In this document: positions 22,008-32,351 of the stretch, piece by piece
Position numbering within the stretch: position 1 is the stretch's first letter
Layout of the letters: every line of letters begins with the position of its first letter
NCBI GenBank assembly: GCA_021735685.1
Contig: JAIPGN010000001.1
Span: 15,994-79,993, forward strand
Direction of reading: 5' to 3'
DNA length: 64,000 nucleotides
From: Patescibacteria group bacterium
GTDB taxonomy: Bacteria > Patescibacteriota > Patescibacteriia > UBA2591 > UBA6264
The notes under the pieces: model-generated
Databases searched by the model: none
Seen by the model: the letters and a program-made list of their open reading frames with translations, nothing else
What the model was told of the DNA's origin: nothing
Made by a program: the position numbers and the translations under genes

Positions 22008-22147
22008 ATGGAAAATTTACGTAACATTAATCAAGACTTAAAAAAGATAGCGATTCTCGCTACCATTATTTTATTTATCTTAATAATCGGTGGCATTTTG
22101 GAAGCTCGCACCAATTTTTTAAGTAAAATCAGCCAACTCTTGCTTTA
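22008..22147 (+). CDS. small hydrophobic protein (46 aa, one TM segment), hypothetical
   Basis: Translates as MENLRNINQDLKKIAILATIILFILIIGGILEARTNFLSKISQLLL. Below the ORF-track size cutoff. Has a consensus promoter immediately upstream. Confidence 0.3.
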
Positions 22148-22153
22148 AAAAAA

Positions 22154-22225
22154 GCCCCCGTAGTTCAACGGATAGAACAAGGGACTCCTAAGCCCTAGAT
22201 ACGGGTTCGATTCCTGTCGGGGGCA
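22154..22225 (+). tRNA. tRNA-Arg (anticodon CCT)
   Basis: Acceptor GCCCCCG/CGGGGGC, D-arm TAGTTCAACGGATAGAACA, anticodon loop CTCCTAA, T-arm GGGTTCGATTCCTGT. Confidence 0.75.
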
Positions 22226-22278
22226 CTTTATCATTTTGGGGACAGTCCCCTCAAACTCCCTTTCTAGAATCCGCTCCC

Positions 22279-23289
22279 TCAAAAGCTTTCTGGTCCATTT
22301 TTTCGATTTGGTGAAAAAATGGCTTTTTTTATCTCTATTCTTTTTAGGCCTTGTTTCTTGTTTCCGTACTCTACAAAAACTTTCTTGTCTGCAGGAGCAT
22401 CAGAGTAACGAGCCGTTAAAGATGCGGCTCGTCTAATATAATCCTTCTTCTTAGGGCCAACCAAAATAGTAGTTGGACTTGGCCAATCAGGACAATTAAA
22501 AAAATAATCAACCGAAGATTTTAATTTCATTAAATTTTTATTCTCTTCTTGGTTTCGCCCCACCATTATAATTCCATCCAGCGTTTCAAAAAAACGACCA
22601 AACTTAATTAAAGAAATTTCTCGAGGAGTTATCGTTGGCCATTTTTGCCAAAGAATTTTTAATTTTTGAGCAAACTCTTTTTCGGTTAAAAGACAACCTC
22701 CGGCCGGAGAAGAATAAACTTGCAAACCATGCTCTTGAGCTAAAGACAATTGTTTTTTACGAGAACGCCCTTCAATACCTAAAAGCTTTTCACGATCAAC
22801 CCAACCTTTTTTTTCTGGACGAGTCAACGGTAAAAGTAGGGCAGATAAGGGTCGTAAAATCAAATCACGCAAACCAGTTTCTTGAGCAATTAAAATTAAA
22901 TCTGATCGCTTTTGCGACATTGGCCTTTGCCCCAAAACCTCTCCGGTAAAAACAAAATCCGCCCTTAGCTTATTCATTAATTCCTTAGCTTTTCTCAGCA
23001 TAAAAATATGACAATCTAAACAAGGATTAAGGGCTGAGCCATAACCAAAACGAGGTTTTTGAATCATCTTTAAATGCTCTGTCCCTAAGTTTACAAATTT
23101 TATTTTAAGTCCTAATTCTTTAGCACCTAAACTTGCAATTGATTCAGTTTTGTCTGAAAAAAAAGGAGATAAAAAAGTAAGAAGGGTGACGGAAACGCCT
23201 TGATCGGCAATCAATTTAGCAGCCACTACTGAATCCAAGCCTCCAGAAAAAAGTCCAATTGCCTTTTTTTTCTTTTGAAACAAAAACAT
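22279..23289 (-). CDS. PP-loop ATPase, ThiI-like tRNA sulfurtransferase (no THUMP domain)
   Basis: 336 aa. PP-loop SGGLDS at the N-terminus. A …FTGEVLGQRPMSQ… block resembles ThiI GESLGQVASQ, and there are conserved Cys residues. The exact specificity is uncertain. Confidence 0.45.
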   Translation of the reverse strand: MFLFQKKKKAIGLFSGGLDSVVAAKLIADQGVSVTLLTFLSPFFSDKTESIASLGAKELGLKIKFVNLGTEHLKMIQKPRFGYGSALNPCLDCHIFMLRKAKELMNKLRADFVFTGEVLGQRPMSQKRSDLILIAQETGLRDLILRPLSALLLPLTRPEKKGWVDREKLLGIEGRSRKKQLSLAQEHGLQVYSSPAGGCLLTEKEFAQKLKILWQKWPTITPREISLIKFGRFFETLDGIIMVGRNQEENKNLMKLKSSVDYFFNCPDWPSPTTILVGPKKKDYIRRAASLTARYSDAPADKKVFVEYGNKKQGLKRIEIKKAIFSPNRKNGPESF

Positions 23290-23454
23290 AGTCTGGAAGA
23301 ATTATCAATTAATTAAATCAAATAAATTATAACAAAATTAACAACTATTTACTAAACTTTGAAAAAAATGTTATAATAAAAGATAGAATAAGGTCTTTTT
23401 TGTAAAAAGATTTAATTCTATTTTTCAAATTAAAATTATAATCTTAAAAAAACA

Positions 23455-24714
23455 ATGGACTTAAAATTTATTTCCGAACACAAAAAAGAACTTGAAAAAA
23501 GTTGCCATCAACGCAATCTTTGTGTTGATATTAAGCTTATAGAAGAATTAATCAAGAAAAGATCTATTTTCCTGCAAGAGATAGAAGAAATGAGATCGAA
23601 AATCAATCAAATTAGCCAAAAAATAAAAAAAGAAGGGCAAAAAAATAATCAAAAAATTATTTCTCAAGCCCAGGAGTTAAAGAAAAAATTGAAAGAAAAA
23701 GAAAACCTTCAAAAGGAAAACAATCAAAGTTTAGAAGAAGAGGTAAAAAAACTCCCCAATTTGATTTCTCCACAAACTCCTAAAGGAAAAAATGAGGAAG
23801 ATAATAGAGAGTTAGAAAAAATAGGCGAAATACCAAATTTTGAATTTAAAGTTCAAGATCATTTAGAAATAGGGGAAAAATTAGATATTATTGATTTTAA
23901 AGGAGGGGCTAAAACTACAGGAAGTAAATTTTATTTCCTGAAAAACGACGGCTTATTACTGGACCTTGCCCTAACTCAGCTAGCCTTAGATGTTATCAAA
24001 AAAGAAAACTTTGATCTTTTTCTGACTCCAGACTTAGCTAAAATTGATATTATTGAAAAACTAGGATACAATCCTCGTGGCCCAGAAACACAAATTTACA
24101 AAATAAAAGATAGCGACTTAGGATTAATTGGTACTTCAGAAATAACTTTAGGAGGACTATTTGCTGACCGCATTATTGAAGCTAAAGAGTTGCCAATTAA
24201 AATAGGAGGTTTTTCTCATTGTTTTCGAACCGAGGCTGGAGCCTATGGAAAGGTGTCAAAAGGTCTCTATAGGGTTCATCAATTTAATAAAGTAGAAATG
24301 TTTATTATTTCTCAGCCCGATCAATCAGAGAAAATGCTTGATCTTCTTGTTAATATCGAGAAAAAAATATTTAAAGCGCTTGAAATCCCTTTTCGAGTAA
24401 TTGATTGCTGTTCTCAAGACTTAGGAGCCCCTGCTTACCGCAAACTTGACATTGAAGCTTGGTTGCCTGGCGAGAAAAAATGGGGAGAATTAACTAGTGC
24501 TTCTAATTGCACAGACTTTCAATCACAACGTTTAAATATAAAATTTAAAAACAAAAAACAAACTAGATTTGTTCATACCTTAAACGCCACAGCTATTGCC
24601 ACTCCGCGAGTAATTATTGCCATTTTGGAAAATTTTCAACAAAAAGATGGCTCGGTTTTGATTCCTCAAGTTTTACAAAAATGGATGAATAAAAAGAAAA
24701 TAACTTTATCTTAG
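23455..24714 (+). CDS. serS: seryl-tRNA synthetase
   Basis: 419 aa. N-terminal coiled-coil arm and class II motifs (…FRTEAGAYGKVSKGLYRVHQFNKVE…). Confidence 0.9.
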   Translation: MDLKFISEHKKELEKSCHQRNLCVDIKLIEELIKKRSIFLQEIEEMRSKINQISQKIKKEGQKNNQKIISQAQELKKKLKEKENLQKENNQSLEEEVKKLPNLISPQTPKGKNEEDNRELEKIGEIPNFEFKVQDHLEIGEKLDIIDFKGGAKTTGSKFYFLKNDGLLLDLALTQLALDVIKKENFDLFLTPDLAKIDIIEKLGYNPRGPETQIYKIKDSDLGLIGTSEITLGGLFADRIIEAKELPIKIGGFSHCFRTEAGAYGKVSKGLYRVHQFNKVEMFIISQPDQSEKMLDLLVNIEKKIFKALEIPFRVIDCCSQDLGAPAYRKLDIEAWLPGEKKWGELTSASNCTDFQSQRLNIKFKNKKQTRFVHTLNATAIATPRVIIAILENFQQKDGSVLIPQVLQKWMNKKKITLS

Positions 24715-24728
24715 AAAAGAGATATAAT

Positions 24729-24754
24729 AAAATTGTTCCACGTGGAACAATTTT
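24729..24754. terminator. perfect 26-bp palindrome (aaaattgttccac|gtggaacaatttt, CACGTG core), probable bidirectional terminator or operator
   Basis: Located 15 nt after the serS stop. On the minus strand the hairpin is followed by a U-rich run, so it may terminate the convergent glycosyltransferase transcript. Confidence 0.4.
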
Positions 24755-25110
24755 GCAAAAAAATTAAAAAATAAACAAAGAATCAAATTAGGAAAACTCT
24801 TTAACTTTATTCTAATAAGAATAAAGTTAATTATCTTTCTGGCCCTAGAAGCAAGAATGAAAGGGCTCAAAGCAAAAAAAACCAAAAACAAGAACCAAAA
24901 GAGTTTACCCAAATATTAAAAACATTTTAACCTCGAACGTCCTTTAAATACAAGAAGGTCTTTTTTTATCTTATTCATTGTCTCAATAGCTGATCAAATA
25001 ATAATTGATTCATAAATAAGATATTGCGACTCTTACTTATTTACTAAAAGAAAAAAATAAATAAAACAAATAAAATGGACTTAAAAAGCGTATAATATGG
25101 CGTCGTAAAA

Positions 25111-26182
25111 TTATTTTTGTAAAACTTCTTGATAAAGTTTTAGAGTTTCTTGAGCGCATTTTTGCCAAGAAAAATTTTTTATTCGCTGACTTCCTTTCTT
25201 GATCATCTCTTCTCTTAATTTTTTGTTCTGATCTAATTCTAAAATAGCTTTAATCATTTCTTCAGAATTACAAGGATTGAAATACAAAGCCGCATTCCCA
25301 TATATTTCTGGTAAACAAGAAGCATCCGAAGAAACTACAGGTAAATTATTTTGCATTGCCTCTAACCCTGGTAAACCAAAACCTTCGCAAAGAGAAGGAA
25401 AAACATACATTAATGCATTTTGATACAATTCTTTCAAATCTCGGTCAGAAACTCTTCCTGAAAAAATAATTTTATTTTCTAAGCCCAATTCTTGAGCTGT
25501 TTTCTGAAGGGAACGATAAAAACTGTCTATCTTGCCAACTAAAACTAATCGCCACTTTGGCTTTAATTTTGAAATTTTTGAAAAAGATTTAATTAAAAAT
25601 TGAATATTCTTGTGAGGAAAAGCATTCCCCACATAGAGTAAATATTCTTCCTTAGTTGGCTTCATAAATAACCATAATTTTATTTGGATCAATATTATAC
25701 CTCTTAATTATTTCTTTTTGGCTAAAACAAGAGACAGTAATGATTTTTCTAGATCTTTGAATTGCATTTTTAATTACTAAAAAATAAACTCTTTTCTTTA
25801 AAAAAAAGAAAAAAGAGGGTAAATTAGAGCTTTGAGAGGAACTTTGTTCATGGATCAAATCATGAATAGTAACCACAAATGGTTTAAGGTAAAAAAGAGG
25901 AACATTAAAATGCAAAAAATGAACTAAATCTAATTTAAATTTGTAAAGCTGCCAAGGAAAAAAGATTTGTTCAGCCAAAGAATACCATTGGTAATCAGCT
26001 AAAACTTTATGAAAATTTTCATTTTGAGGATGATAATTATCAAAATTTTCCTTACGTAAAAAAATAAAATATTGATTCTTCTGATCAATTTTTTCTAAAT
26101 TTTTAATTAATTTTTGAGTATAACGTCCAATTCCCTTGCCATATTCTGGTCCATAAAATCGAGCATCAATTCCAATACGCAT
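25111..26182 (-). pseudogene. GT4-family glycosyltransferase split by a frameshift (two overlapping ORFs)
   Basis: ORF 25652..26182 is the N-terminal GT-B half (MRIGIDARFYGPEYGKGIGRY…). ORF 25111..25692 is the C-terminal half (…EGFGLPGLEAMQNNLPVVSSD…). The +1 frame change is near 25650-25690, in an A-rich stretch. Confidence 0.6.
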
Positions 26183-26277
26183 AAAGAATAATTAGAATTT
26201 TATAAATCTTTAACAAAAAACTTATTTTTAACCTCAAAAAAGAATTTTAAGTGTAAAAACAAGAAGGATATCTTTTT

Positions 26278-27507
26278 TTATTTAGAAAAAATAAAAATTT
26301 CTCTTTGAACGGTTTGACGGGGACGCGAATAAATTAGAGAGCCTCTTTGATTATTTTCTTTATTTGAAAATTCACCTCGGTTAAAATTATCTAAAGAAAT
26401 TATCTTATAACCTAAATCCTTAATTTGTTTAAGAATAGGCAAGAAATGAGATTCTTGATTTTTCTTAAAAACTGGAAAAATAATGCAAATTCTGCCTTGA
26501 GGCTTTAAAATACCATAAAACTCTTGAAAAGCAGCTAAATATAATTTTGATATTTCTTTAACTTCTTTTGCCCAATTATTTATTTTTAGAGGACCAAGAT
26601 AAGGTTCAGAGACAATTAAATCGATAATTCCTGGTTTCATTTTTTGGGATAAATCACGAACATCTGCCTGAAAAACAGTGCTCTCAAACTTAAAACCCTG
26701 AGAACGCATCCATTTTAAATTATCTTTAGTTCCTTGAACAGCCTTAGAGTCTTGATCACTTCCCATTAAAGAAGAATAGCCAAGAAAAGCAGCTTCTTGT
26801 AAGATAGTACCAAAACCACAAAAAGGATCAAAAATAATTTGCGAAAAATCTTTTTTAATGTCAGCTAAATTAATCATTATTTTAGCTAAACGTAAAGGAA
26901 TCATTCCTTTTTTAATATCTCGGGCCGGTCTTTTAAAATCAAAGATTTCATAAGCACGAAAATTTTGACAACTAATAGTTTGTCCAGCCCAAGCTTGACC
27001 CTGAGAATTAAACAAAAAAACTATTTCAAAACCTTTTTCTAAAATTTTATTTTTCTTTAAAATAACAGAAGAAAGAAATCTTTCTTGAGAACTAACCCAA
27101 CGTGCCGAAAAACCTTGACCCTGAAACTCTTTTTTTAATTTTAAAGACCAAGATCTTATTTGTTTTTCAAAAAAATTTAATTTTGAGGATTTTGGCTGTA
27201 AACCATAAAAACTAAAACCAAAATTGATCCTAGAGCTCTTATCTAAAAAAGAAGCACGAGGAATTAAGGAAAAAAATAATTTTTTAGAAATTTGATCTTC
27301 CTTAAAGCTGGAGATAATTCTACCAGCTTTAATAGTTCCGCCTAAAATACTTTGAATTGAGCTTAAATCTAATTTTTTCTCTGTTTGAATTAAACAAAAT
27401 TCCCTAGAAATAAATTCAATCTGAAAATCAGTCAAAGGGCGTAAAACGCTTTTGATTTCTGTTAAAGACAAATCTGGCTGATGGCCTAAAATAAAAAAAT
27501 ATTTCAT
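26278..27507 (-). CDS. putative RNA (N2-guanine/N6-adenine) methyltransferase, Trm14/RlmL-like
   Basis: 409 aa. SAM motif DPFCGFGTIL…GSDQD and a catalytic-motif variant SEPYLG in place of NPPY. The N-terminal region is possibly a THUMP-like domain. Confidence 0.5.
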   Translation of the reverse strand: MKYFFILGHQPDLSLTEIKSVLRPLTDFQIEFISREFCLIQTEKKLDLSSIQSILGGTIKAGRIISSFKEDQISKKLFFSLIPRASFLDKSSRINFGFSFYGLQPKSSKLNFFEKQIRSWSLKLKKEFQGQGFSARWVSSQERFLSSVILKKNKILEKGFEIVFLFNSQGQAWAGQTISCQNFRAYEIFDFKRPARDIKKGMIPLRLAKIMINLADIKKDFSQIIFDPFCGFGTILQEAAFLGYSSLMGSDQDSKAVQGTKDNLKWMRSQGFKFESTVFQADVRDLSQKMKPGIIDLIVSEPYLGPLKINNWAKEVKEISKLYLAAFQEFYGILKPQGRICIIFPVFKKNQESHFLPILKQIKDLGYKIISLDNFNRGEFSNKENNQRGSLIYSRPRQTVQREIFIFSK

Positions 27508-27674
27508 TAACTATTATCATAACATTATTTTCTTAAAAAAACACCTTTCTTTGAACCCTAGTTTTAAATAAAAACAAACTATTAAAAGACTTGCCTGTTT
27601 TTGTTATAATTGTTATTATTAATTACTGATAAGATTTAATCGACTCTTAAAAATAAGAATAATTTTATAAAGAT

Positions 27675-28037
27675 ATGTACGAATTGCTATACATCATCCC
27701 TAGTCCTTTTACGGAAAAAGACTTACCAGGAATAAATAAAAAAGTAAAAGAAATAATAACTGAATTAGAAGGCAAGATTCAAGAAGAGAAAGATCTAGGA
27801 AATAAAAAACTGGCTTATCCAATTAACCAAGTTCACAAAGGATTTTATTTTTTAATAAAATTTGAAATAAATCCTCAGAATATTCCTAAATTAGACCAAA
27901 AATTAAAAATGTCTCCAGAAATATTACGCCATTTAACAACTAAAGCGATAAAAATCAAACCCAAGAAAGAAAAAAGAAGTGAAAAAAAGATTCCTAAGGT
28001 TGAAAGTTTTGAAGATATTAAAAATGTTAAAATCTAA
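27675..28037 (+). CDS. rpsF: 30S ribosomal protein bS6
   Basis: 120 aa beginning MYELLYIIP. The rpsF-ssb-rpsR arrangement is conserved. Confidence 0.8.
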   Translation: MYELLYIIPSPFTEKDLPGINKKVKEIITELEGKIQEEKDLGNKKLAYPINQVHKGFYFLIKFEINPQNIPKLDQKLKMSPEILRHLTTKAIKIKPKKEKRSEKKIPKVESFEDIKNVKI

Positions 28038-28078
28038 AAAACTCTTCAATAAACTTATAACTTCTTAAATTAAATATT

Positions 28079-28519
28079 ATGAATGTTAACAAAGTAACCA
28101 TTTTGGGAAACTTAACTCGTGACCCAGAGACCAAAAGCATTTCCTCTGGTCAAACTGTATCTTCTTTTAGTGTAGCTACTAATAGGTTCTGGAATGATAA
28201 AAGTAGTGGGGAGAAAAAGAAAAAGACCGAATATCATAATATCATCGCTTGGGGAAGATTGGCCGAGATCGTTCAACAATATCTGAGTAAGGGAGGATTA
28301 GTTTACGTTGAAGGAAGGCTACAAACTAGGAACTGGGAAGACGACCAGGGTAACAAAAAGTATCGAACTGAAATTGTGGCTGAAAGAATACAATTGGGCC
28401 CGCGTAATGACAATAATGAAAATACAACTAAAGAGAATCCAAAAAGTAAAAAGAAGAACGCCCCTAAAGAAGATGATTCTCTACCAGAAGATATAAACGT
28501 CGAAGAAATACCTTTTTAA
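28079..28519 (+). CDS. ssb: single-stranded DNA-binding protein
   Basis: 146 aa. OB-fold, with an acidic C-terminal tip …[10 protein letters not shown], similar to the DDDIPF tip typical of SSB. Confidence 0.85.
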   Translation: MNVNKVTILGNLTRDPETKSISSGQTVSSFSVATNRFWNDKSSGEKKKKTEYHNIIAWGRLAEIVQQYLSKGGLVYVEGRLQTRNWEDDQGNKKYRTEIVAERIQLGPRNDNNENTTKENPKSKKKNAPKEDDSLPEDINVEEIPF

Positions 28520-28532
28520 ATATTTAGACTAT

Positions 28533-28748
28533 ATGATTGTCAACAACCAAAAACATTGTTATTTTTGCGTTAATAATATTGACGAAATAGATTATAAAGA
28601 TACAGAATTATTAAGACGCTTTATTTCTAATTACGAAAAAATATTACCCCGCAAGAAAAAAGGAGTTTGCTTAAAACATCAAAAAAAACTATCTCGAGCC
28701 ATTAAAAGAGCTCGAATTATGGCTCTCTTGCCTTTTGTTCGCAAATAA
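28533..28748 (+). CDS. rpsR: 30S ribosomal protein bS18
   Basis: 71 aa. The C-terminal …[15 protein letters not shown] is typical of S18. Confidence 0.85.
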   Translation: MIVNNQKHCYFCVNNIDEIDYKDTELLRRFISNYEKILPRKKKGVCLKHQKKLSRAIKRARIMALLPFVRK

Positions 28749-28754
28749 TAAAAT

Positions 28755-29315
28755 ATGAACATTAATGATTTAAAAAAAACTGGGCTCGTTATTAAGTACA
28801 ATAACGAGCCTTATCAAATAATATTTTCTCAACATTCTCGCACTGCTCGTGGCGGAGCTTTTGTGAGGACAAAATTAAAAAACTTAATCACCGGACAAAC
28901 CTTAGAAAAAACATTTAATTCTTCTGACAAAATAGAAAAAGCTGATATTGAAAAAGTTAAAGCTAGCTTTCTTTACGCTGATGAAGAAAAATCTTTTTTT
29001 ATGAATAAAGATAATTATGAACAATTCTTTTTAAAGAATGATTCCTTAGGTAATAAAAATAATTTTCTAAAAGAAGGAGAAACTGTAGAGACTCTTCTTT
29101 TCAATAACGAACCCGTAAATATTGATTTACCTCAAAAAGTAAATCTAAAAGTGATTGAATCTCCTCCTAATATTAAAGGAGATTCTGCTACATCACCAAG
29201 TAAAAATGTTATTCTGGAGACTGGAGCTTCTTTAAATGTTCCTATTTTTATCAAAAAAGATGATCTAATTAGAGTGAATACTGAAACTGAAGAATATGTT
29301 AGTCGCGTTTCTTGA
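28755..29315 (+). CDS. efp: elongation factor P (Arg at the loop-tip position equivalent to E. coli Lys34)
   Basis: 186 aa. Aligns to EF-P along its whole length. Loop HSRTARGGAF corresponds to FVKPGKGQAF. Confidence 0.85.
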   Translation: MNINDLKKTGLVIKYNNEPYQIIFSQHSRTARGGAFVRTKLKNLITGQTLEKTFNSSDKIEKADIEKVKASFLYADEEKSFFMNKDNYEQFFLKNDSLGNKNNFLKEGETVETLLFNNEPVNIDLPQKVNLKVIESPPNIKGDSATSPSKNVILETGASLNVPIFIKKDDLIRVNTETEEYVSRVS

Positions 29316-29355
29316 TTAAATATATACTTTTAAAATCAATAATTTAACTTATAAA

Positions 29356-30399
29356 ATGTCTATTAATGATTTTTTCTCAGAAGCTGACAATTTAAAAGCT
29401 TCTGATATTCATCTTTCGGTCGATGCTCCCGTATTTTTCAGAGTTAATGGTTCTTTAAAAAAATCTCAAAAATGGCCAGTTCTTGATCAAGAAAAAATAA
29501 TTAATTTAATTTCTGAGATTATTTCTACAAAACAGAAAGAAAATCTTTTAAAAAACAAGTATTTAGAATTTTCTTATCAGAATAAAGAAAAAAATCGTTT
29601 TCGGGTTAGCGTTTTTTATGAAAAAAATAATTTAGCTCTAGCTGCGCGTTTAATTCTTTCAAAAATACCAACTCCTCAAGAAATTGGTCTCCCTAAAGGG
29701 GGAATAAAATTAGCAGAAGCAAAAACTGGTTTAGTTTTAGTTACGGGACCAACTGGTTGTGGTAAATCTACTACCTTAGCCACCATGATTGACTACATTA
29801 ATCAAGAAAGAGAATCTCATATTATTACCTTAGAAGATCCTATAGAATTTATTTTTAAAAACAAAAAAAGTTTAATTGCTCAAAGAGAGTTAGGAAAAGA
29901 TATACCTTCTTTTAATCTAGCCTTAAAGCATATTGTCCGCCAAGATCCTGATGTTATCTTAGTTAGTGAAATGAGAGACTTAGAGACAATTAGTTTAGCT
30001 ATTACCTTAGCTGAAACCGGACACTTGGTTTTATCAACTGTTCATACTCCAAGCGCTCCTCAGACCATAGATCGAATTATTGACGTCTTCCCTTATAATC
30101 AGCAAGAGCAAATTAGACTGCAAGTAGCCTTAGCTTTAAAAGGGGTAATATCTCAATACCTTCTTCCAAAAATAGGAGGAGGTAGAGTAGCAGCCCGAGA
30201 AATACTAATCAATACACCCGCGGTTTCTAATTTAATTAGAGAAAATAAAATAGCTCAAATAAAATCTGTTATACAAAATAGTAGTCGACAAGGAATGCAA
30301 GCTTTAGAAAAGGAACTAAAACATCTCTATCAAAGTAAAATAATAAAAATAGAGGATGCTTTAGCTTATGCTAACTATCCTCAAGAAATAATAAATTAA
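29356..30399 (+). CDS. pilT: type IV pilus retraction ATPase PilT-like (PilT/PilU family)
   Basis: 347 aa. Walker A GPTGCGKST and the PilT-family length and motif set. No pilB, pilC or pilM lie nearby. Confidence 0.75.
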   Translation: MSINDFFSEADNLKASDIHLSVDAPVFFRVNGSLKKSQKWPVLDQEKIINLISEIISTKQKENLLKNKYLEFSYQNKEKNRFRVSVFYEKNNLALAARLILSKIPTPQEIGLPKGGIKLAEAKTGLVLVTGPTGCGKSTTLATMIDYINQERESHIITLEDPIEFIFKNKKSLIAQRELGKDIPSFNLALKHIVRQDPDVILVSEMRDLETISLAITLAETGHLVLSTVHTPSAPQTIDRIIDVFPYNQQEQIRLQVALALKGVISQYLLPKIGGGRVAAREILINTPAVSNLIRENKIAQIKSVIQNSSRQGMQALEKELKHLYQSKIIKIEDALAYANYPQEIIN

Positions 30400-30415
30400 A
30401 TCTGTTTTAACTTAA

Positions 30416-30488
30416 GCCCCTGTGGTATAATTGGACAACACAACAGGCTTCGGACCTGTAGTTGGGGGTTCGAGTCCTCCCGGGGGCG
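30416..30488 (+). tRNA. tRNA-Arg (anticodon TCG)
   Basis: Acceptor GCCCCTG/CGGGGGC, anticodon stem ACAGG/CCTGT with loop CTTCGGA, T-arm GGGGTTCGAGTCCTCC. Confidence 0.75.
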
Positions 30489-30506
30489 TTAAGTTAGAAC
30501 AGATAA

Positions 30507-30577
30507 GCCCCCATAGCTTAATGGTAAAGCAGTTGCCTCTTAAGCAATTGACGTAGGTTCGATTCCTACTGGGGGTA
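30507..30577 (+). tRNA. tRNA-Lys (anticodon CTT)
   Basis: Acceptor GCCCCCA/TGGGGGT, anticodon stem GTTGC/GCAAT with loop CTCTTAA, T-arm GTAGGTTCGATTCCTAC. Confidence 0.8.
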
Positions 30578-30657
30578 TTTTTTATACTTATTTTTTTCTT
30601 AATAAAAAAAGAAGGTTGTTTTTTGTAACAACCTTCTTTCTTATTAAGAAACGAAAC

Positions 30658-30933
30658 TTATTTCACAACTTTCTTAAAGTTACTTCCAGCTTTAAATTTA
30701 GGAACTTTCATGGCTGGAATCTGAAGCTTAGCACCAGTTTGAGGATTAACTCCTGTTCTGGCTTTCCTTTTACTGATAGAAAATGTTCCAAAGCCGGCAA
30801 TAGTTACTTTGTCGCCTTTCTTAAGAGTGTCTTTAACAACGCTAATAAAAGCATCTAAACATCGGCCCGCTTCAGCATCAGAAGAAGCTCCAGCCTTAGT
30901 AGAAATTGCTTTAATTAATTCACCTTTATTCAT
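30658..30933 (-). CDS. hup: HU-family DNA-binding protein
   Basis: 91 aa. MNKGELIKAIS…GFGTF…R…NP.TG is the classic HU signature. Confidence 0.85.
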   Translation of the reverse strand: MNKGELIKAISTKAGASSDAEAGRCLDAFISVVKDTLKKGDKVTIAGFGTFSISKRKARTGVNPQTGAKLQIPAMKVPKFKAGSNFKKVVK

Positions 30934-31004
30934 AAAACATTCTTTTAATAAACCATAGAAATAAATTCTCTATGGAAATTGATTAAATTATTACGACCTT
31001 CAAA

Positions 31005-32129
31005 TTAACTTTTAATTGGCATAATTAGGTAAAAATAGGATGGGTCTTCTTCGGATTTAATTAAACCAGGAGAATTATCATTAACTATTTCTAGAATCAC
31101 TTCTGATCCAGACATATTATTTAAACCATCAATCAAATAACGATAATTAAATATTATTTCATTTGGATCACCAGTAATATCACTGTCAATAATTGCTTCA
31201 TTCTCACCAACCTGATTATTTAAAGAAGACACAATCAACTGATTCTTTTTAGGTATAAATTTAAGATTAATATCATTTACTCCAGATTTAACAAAAAAAC
31301 TAGCTGACTTAACAATTCTAACAAATTCTTCTCGATTAAGCAAAGCTTTAGTCTTGATATTAGTAGGAATAGTCTGTTTGTAATCAGGATAAGTTCCATT
31401 AATTATTCGAGAAATAATTTCAATATCTTGATAGGTGAATAAAATTTGATTCTCTGATAAATACAATTCTACTTCCTCTTCTTGGTCAGTTTTAATAATT
31501 TTAACTATTTCTTGTAAGGCTCTTAAAGGGACAATAACATTTCTTTCTGTTTTTAATTCATTCTTTTTTAAAGGAATAGTTATTTCTGATAAACGATAAC
31601 TATCAGTTCCGGCAATCACTAATTTCTTTTGATTATCTTTACCTTGAAAAGAGAACAAAGCACCACTTAATTCCATTCTAATATCTGAACTAGAAATTGA
31701 AAATATTATCTTTTCTAAAGCTTTTTTAAATTCTTGAGAATTTAAAACATATTTCTTTTTAGTATCTATTTGAGGAATAATCGGAAATTCTTCTGCTGAC
31801 ATTCCATTTATTTTTGCTTTTTGATTTTTGGTAGAAACAACTAATATATTTTTATTGGTTTCAAATTTTAATGGTTGCTTAGGAAGAAGATTAATATAAT
31901 TATTTAAAACTTGAGCTGGTACGGTAATTTTTCCTTCTTTTTCTATTTTAGACCTAATTTTTATCTCAGCAGCTATCTCTAAATTAGTGCTACTAATTTT
32001 CAATTCTCCGTCTTTAGCGCTTAAAAGAATATTATTCAAAATCGGTAGACTAGTCTTATTTAGACCAGCGATATGACTACTGATATTTAAAGCTTCGATT
32101 AAATTTTCTTGCAAACAAGTGAATTTCAT
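31005..32129 (-). CDS. dnaN: DNA polymerase III beta sliding clamp
   Basis: 374 aa, with a three-domain clamp pattern starting MKFTCLQENLIEAL. Confidence 0.8.
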   Translation of the reverse strand: MKFTCLQENLIEALNISSHIAGLNKTSLPILNNILLSAKDGELKISSTNLEIAAEIKIRSKIEKEGKITVPAQVLNNYINLLPKQPLKFETNKNILVVSTKNQKAKINGMSAEEFPIIPQIDTKKKYVLNSQEFKKALEKIIFSISSSDIRMELSGALFSFQGKDNQKKLVIAGTDSYRLSEITIPLKKNELKTERNVIVPLRALQEIVKIIKTDQEEEVELYLSENQILFTYQDIEIISRIINGTYPDYKQTIPTNIKTKALLNREEFVRIVKSASFFVKSGVNDINLKFIPKKNQLIVSSLNNQVGENEAIIDSDITGDPNEIIFNYRYLIDGLNNMSGSEVILEIVNDNSPGLIKSEEDPSYFYLIMPIKS

Positions 32130-32351
32130 ATTTTATATATATTATTATAAATATAATAATATTTAAATTTATTTAGTAATAAGGTTGTAGATAAAAGTTA
32201 ATATTTATTTCTTTAATCTTATTTTAGCTTTTTTCTGAAAAAAAGGAAGTGGAAAAAAGGAAAAAAAATGGGTAAAAACTGTGTAAAAAAATATTCAAGA
32301 ATTATTTAAAATATTTAATCTTCAGTTTATTAACAGTAAAAAAATATTCTT

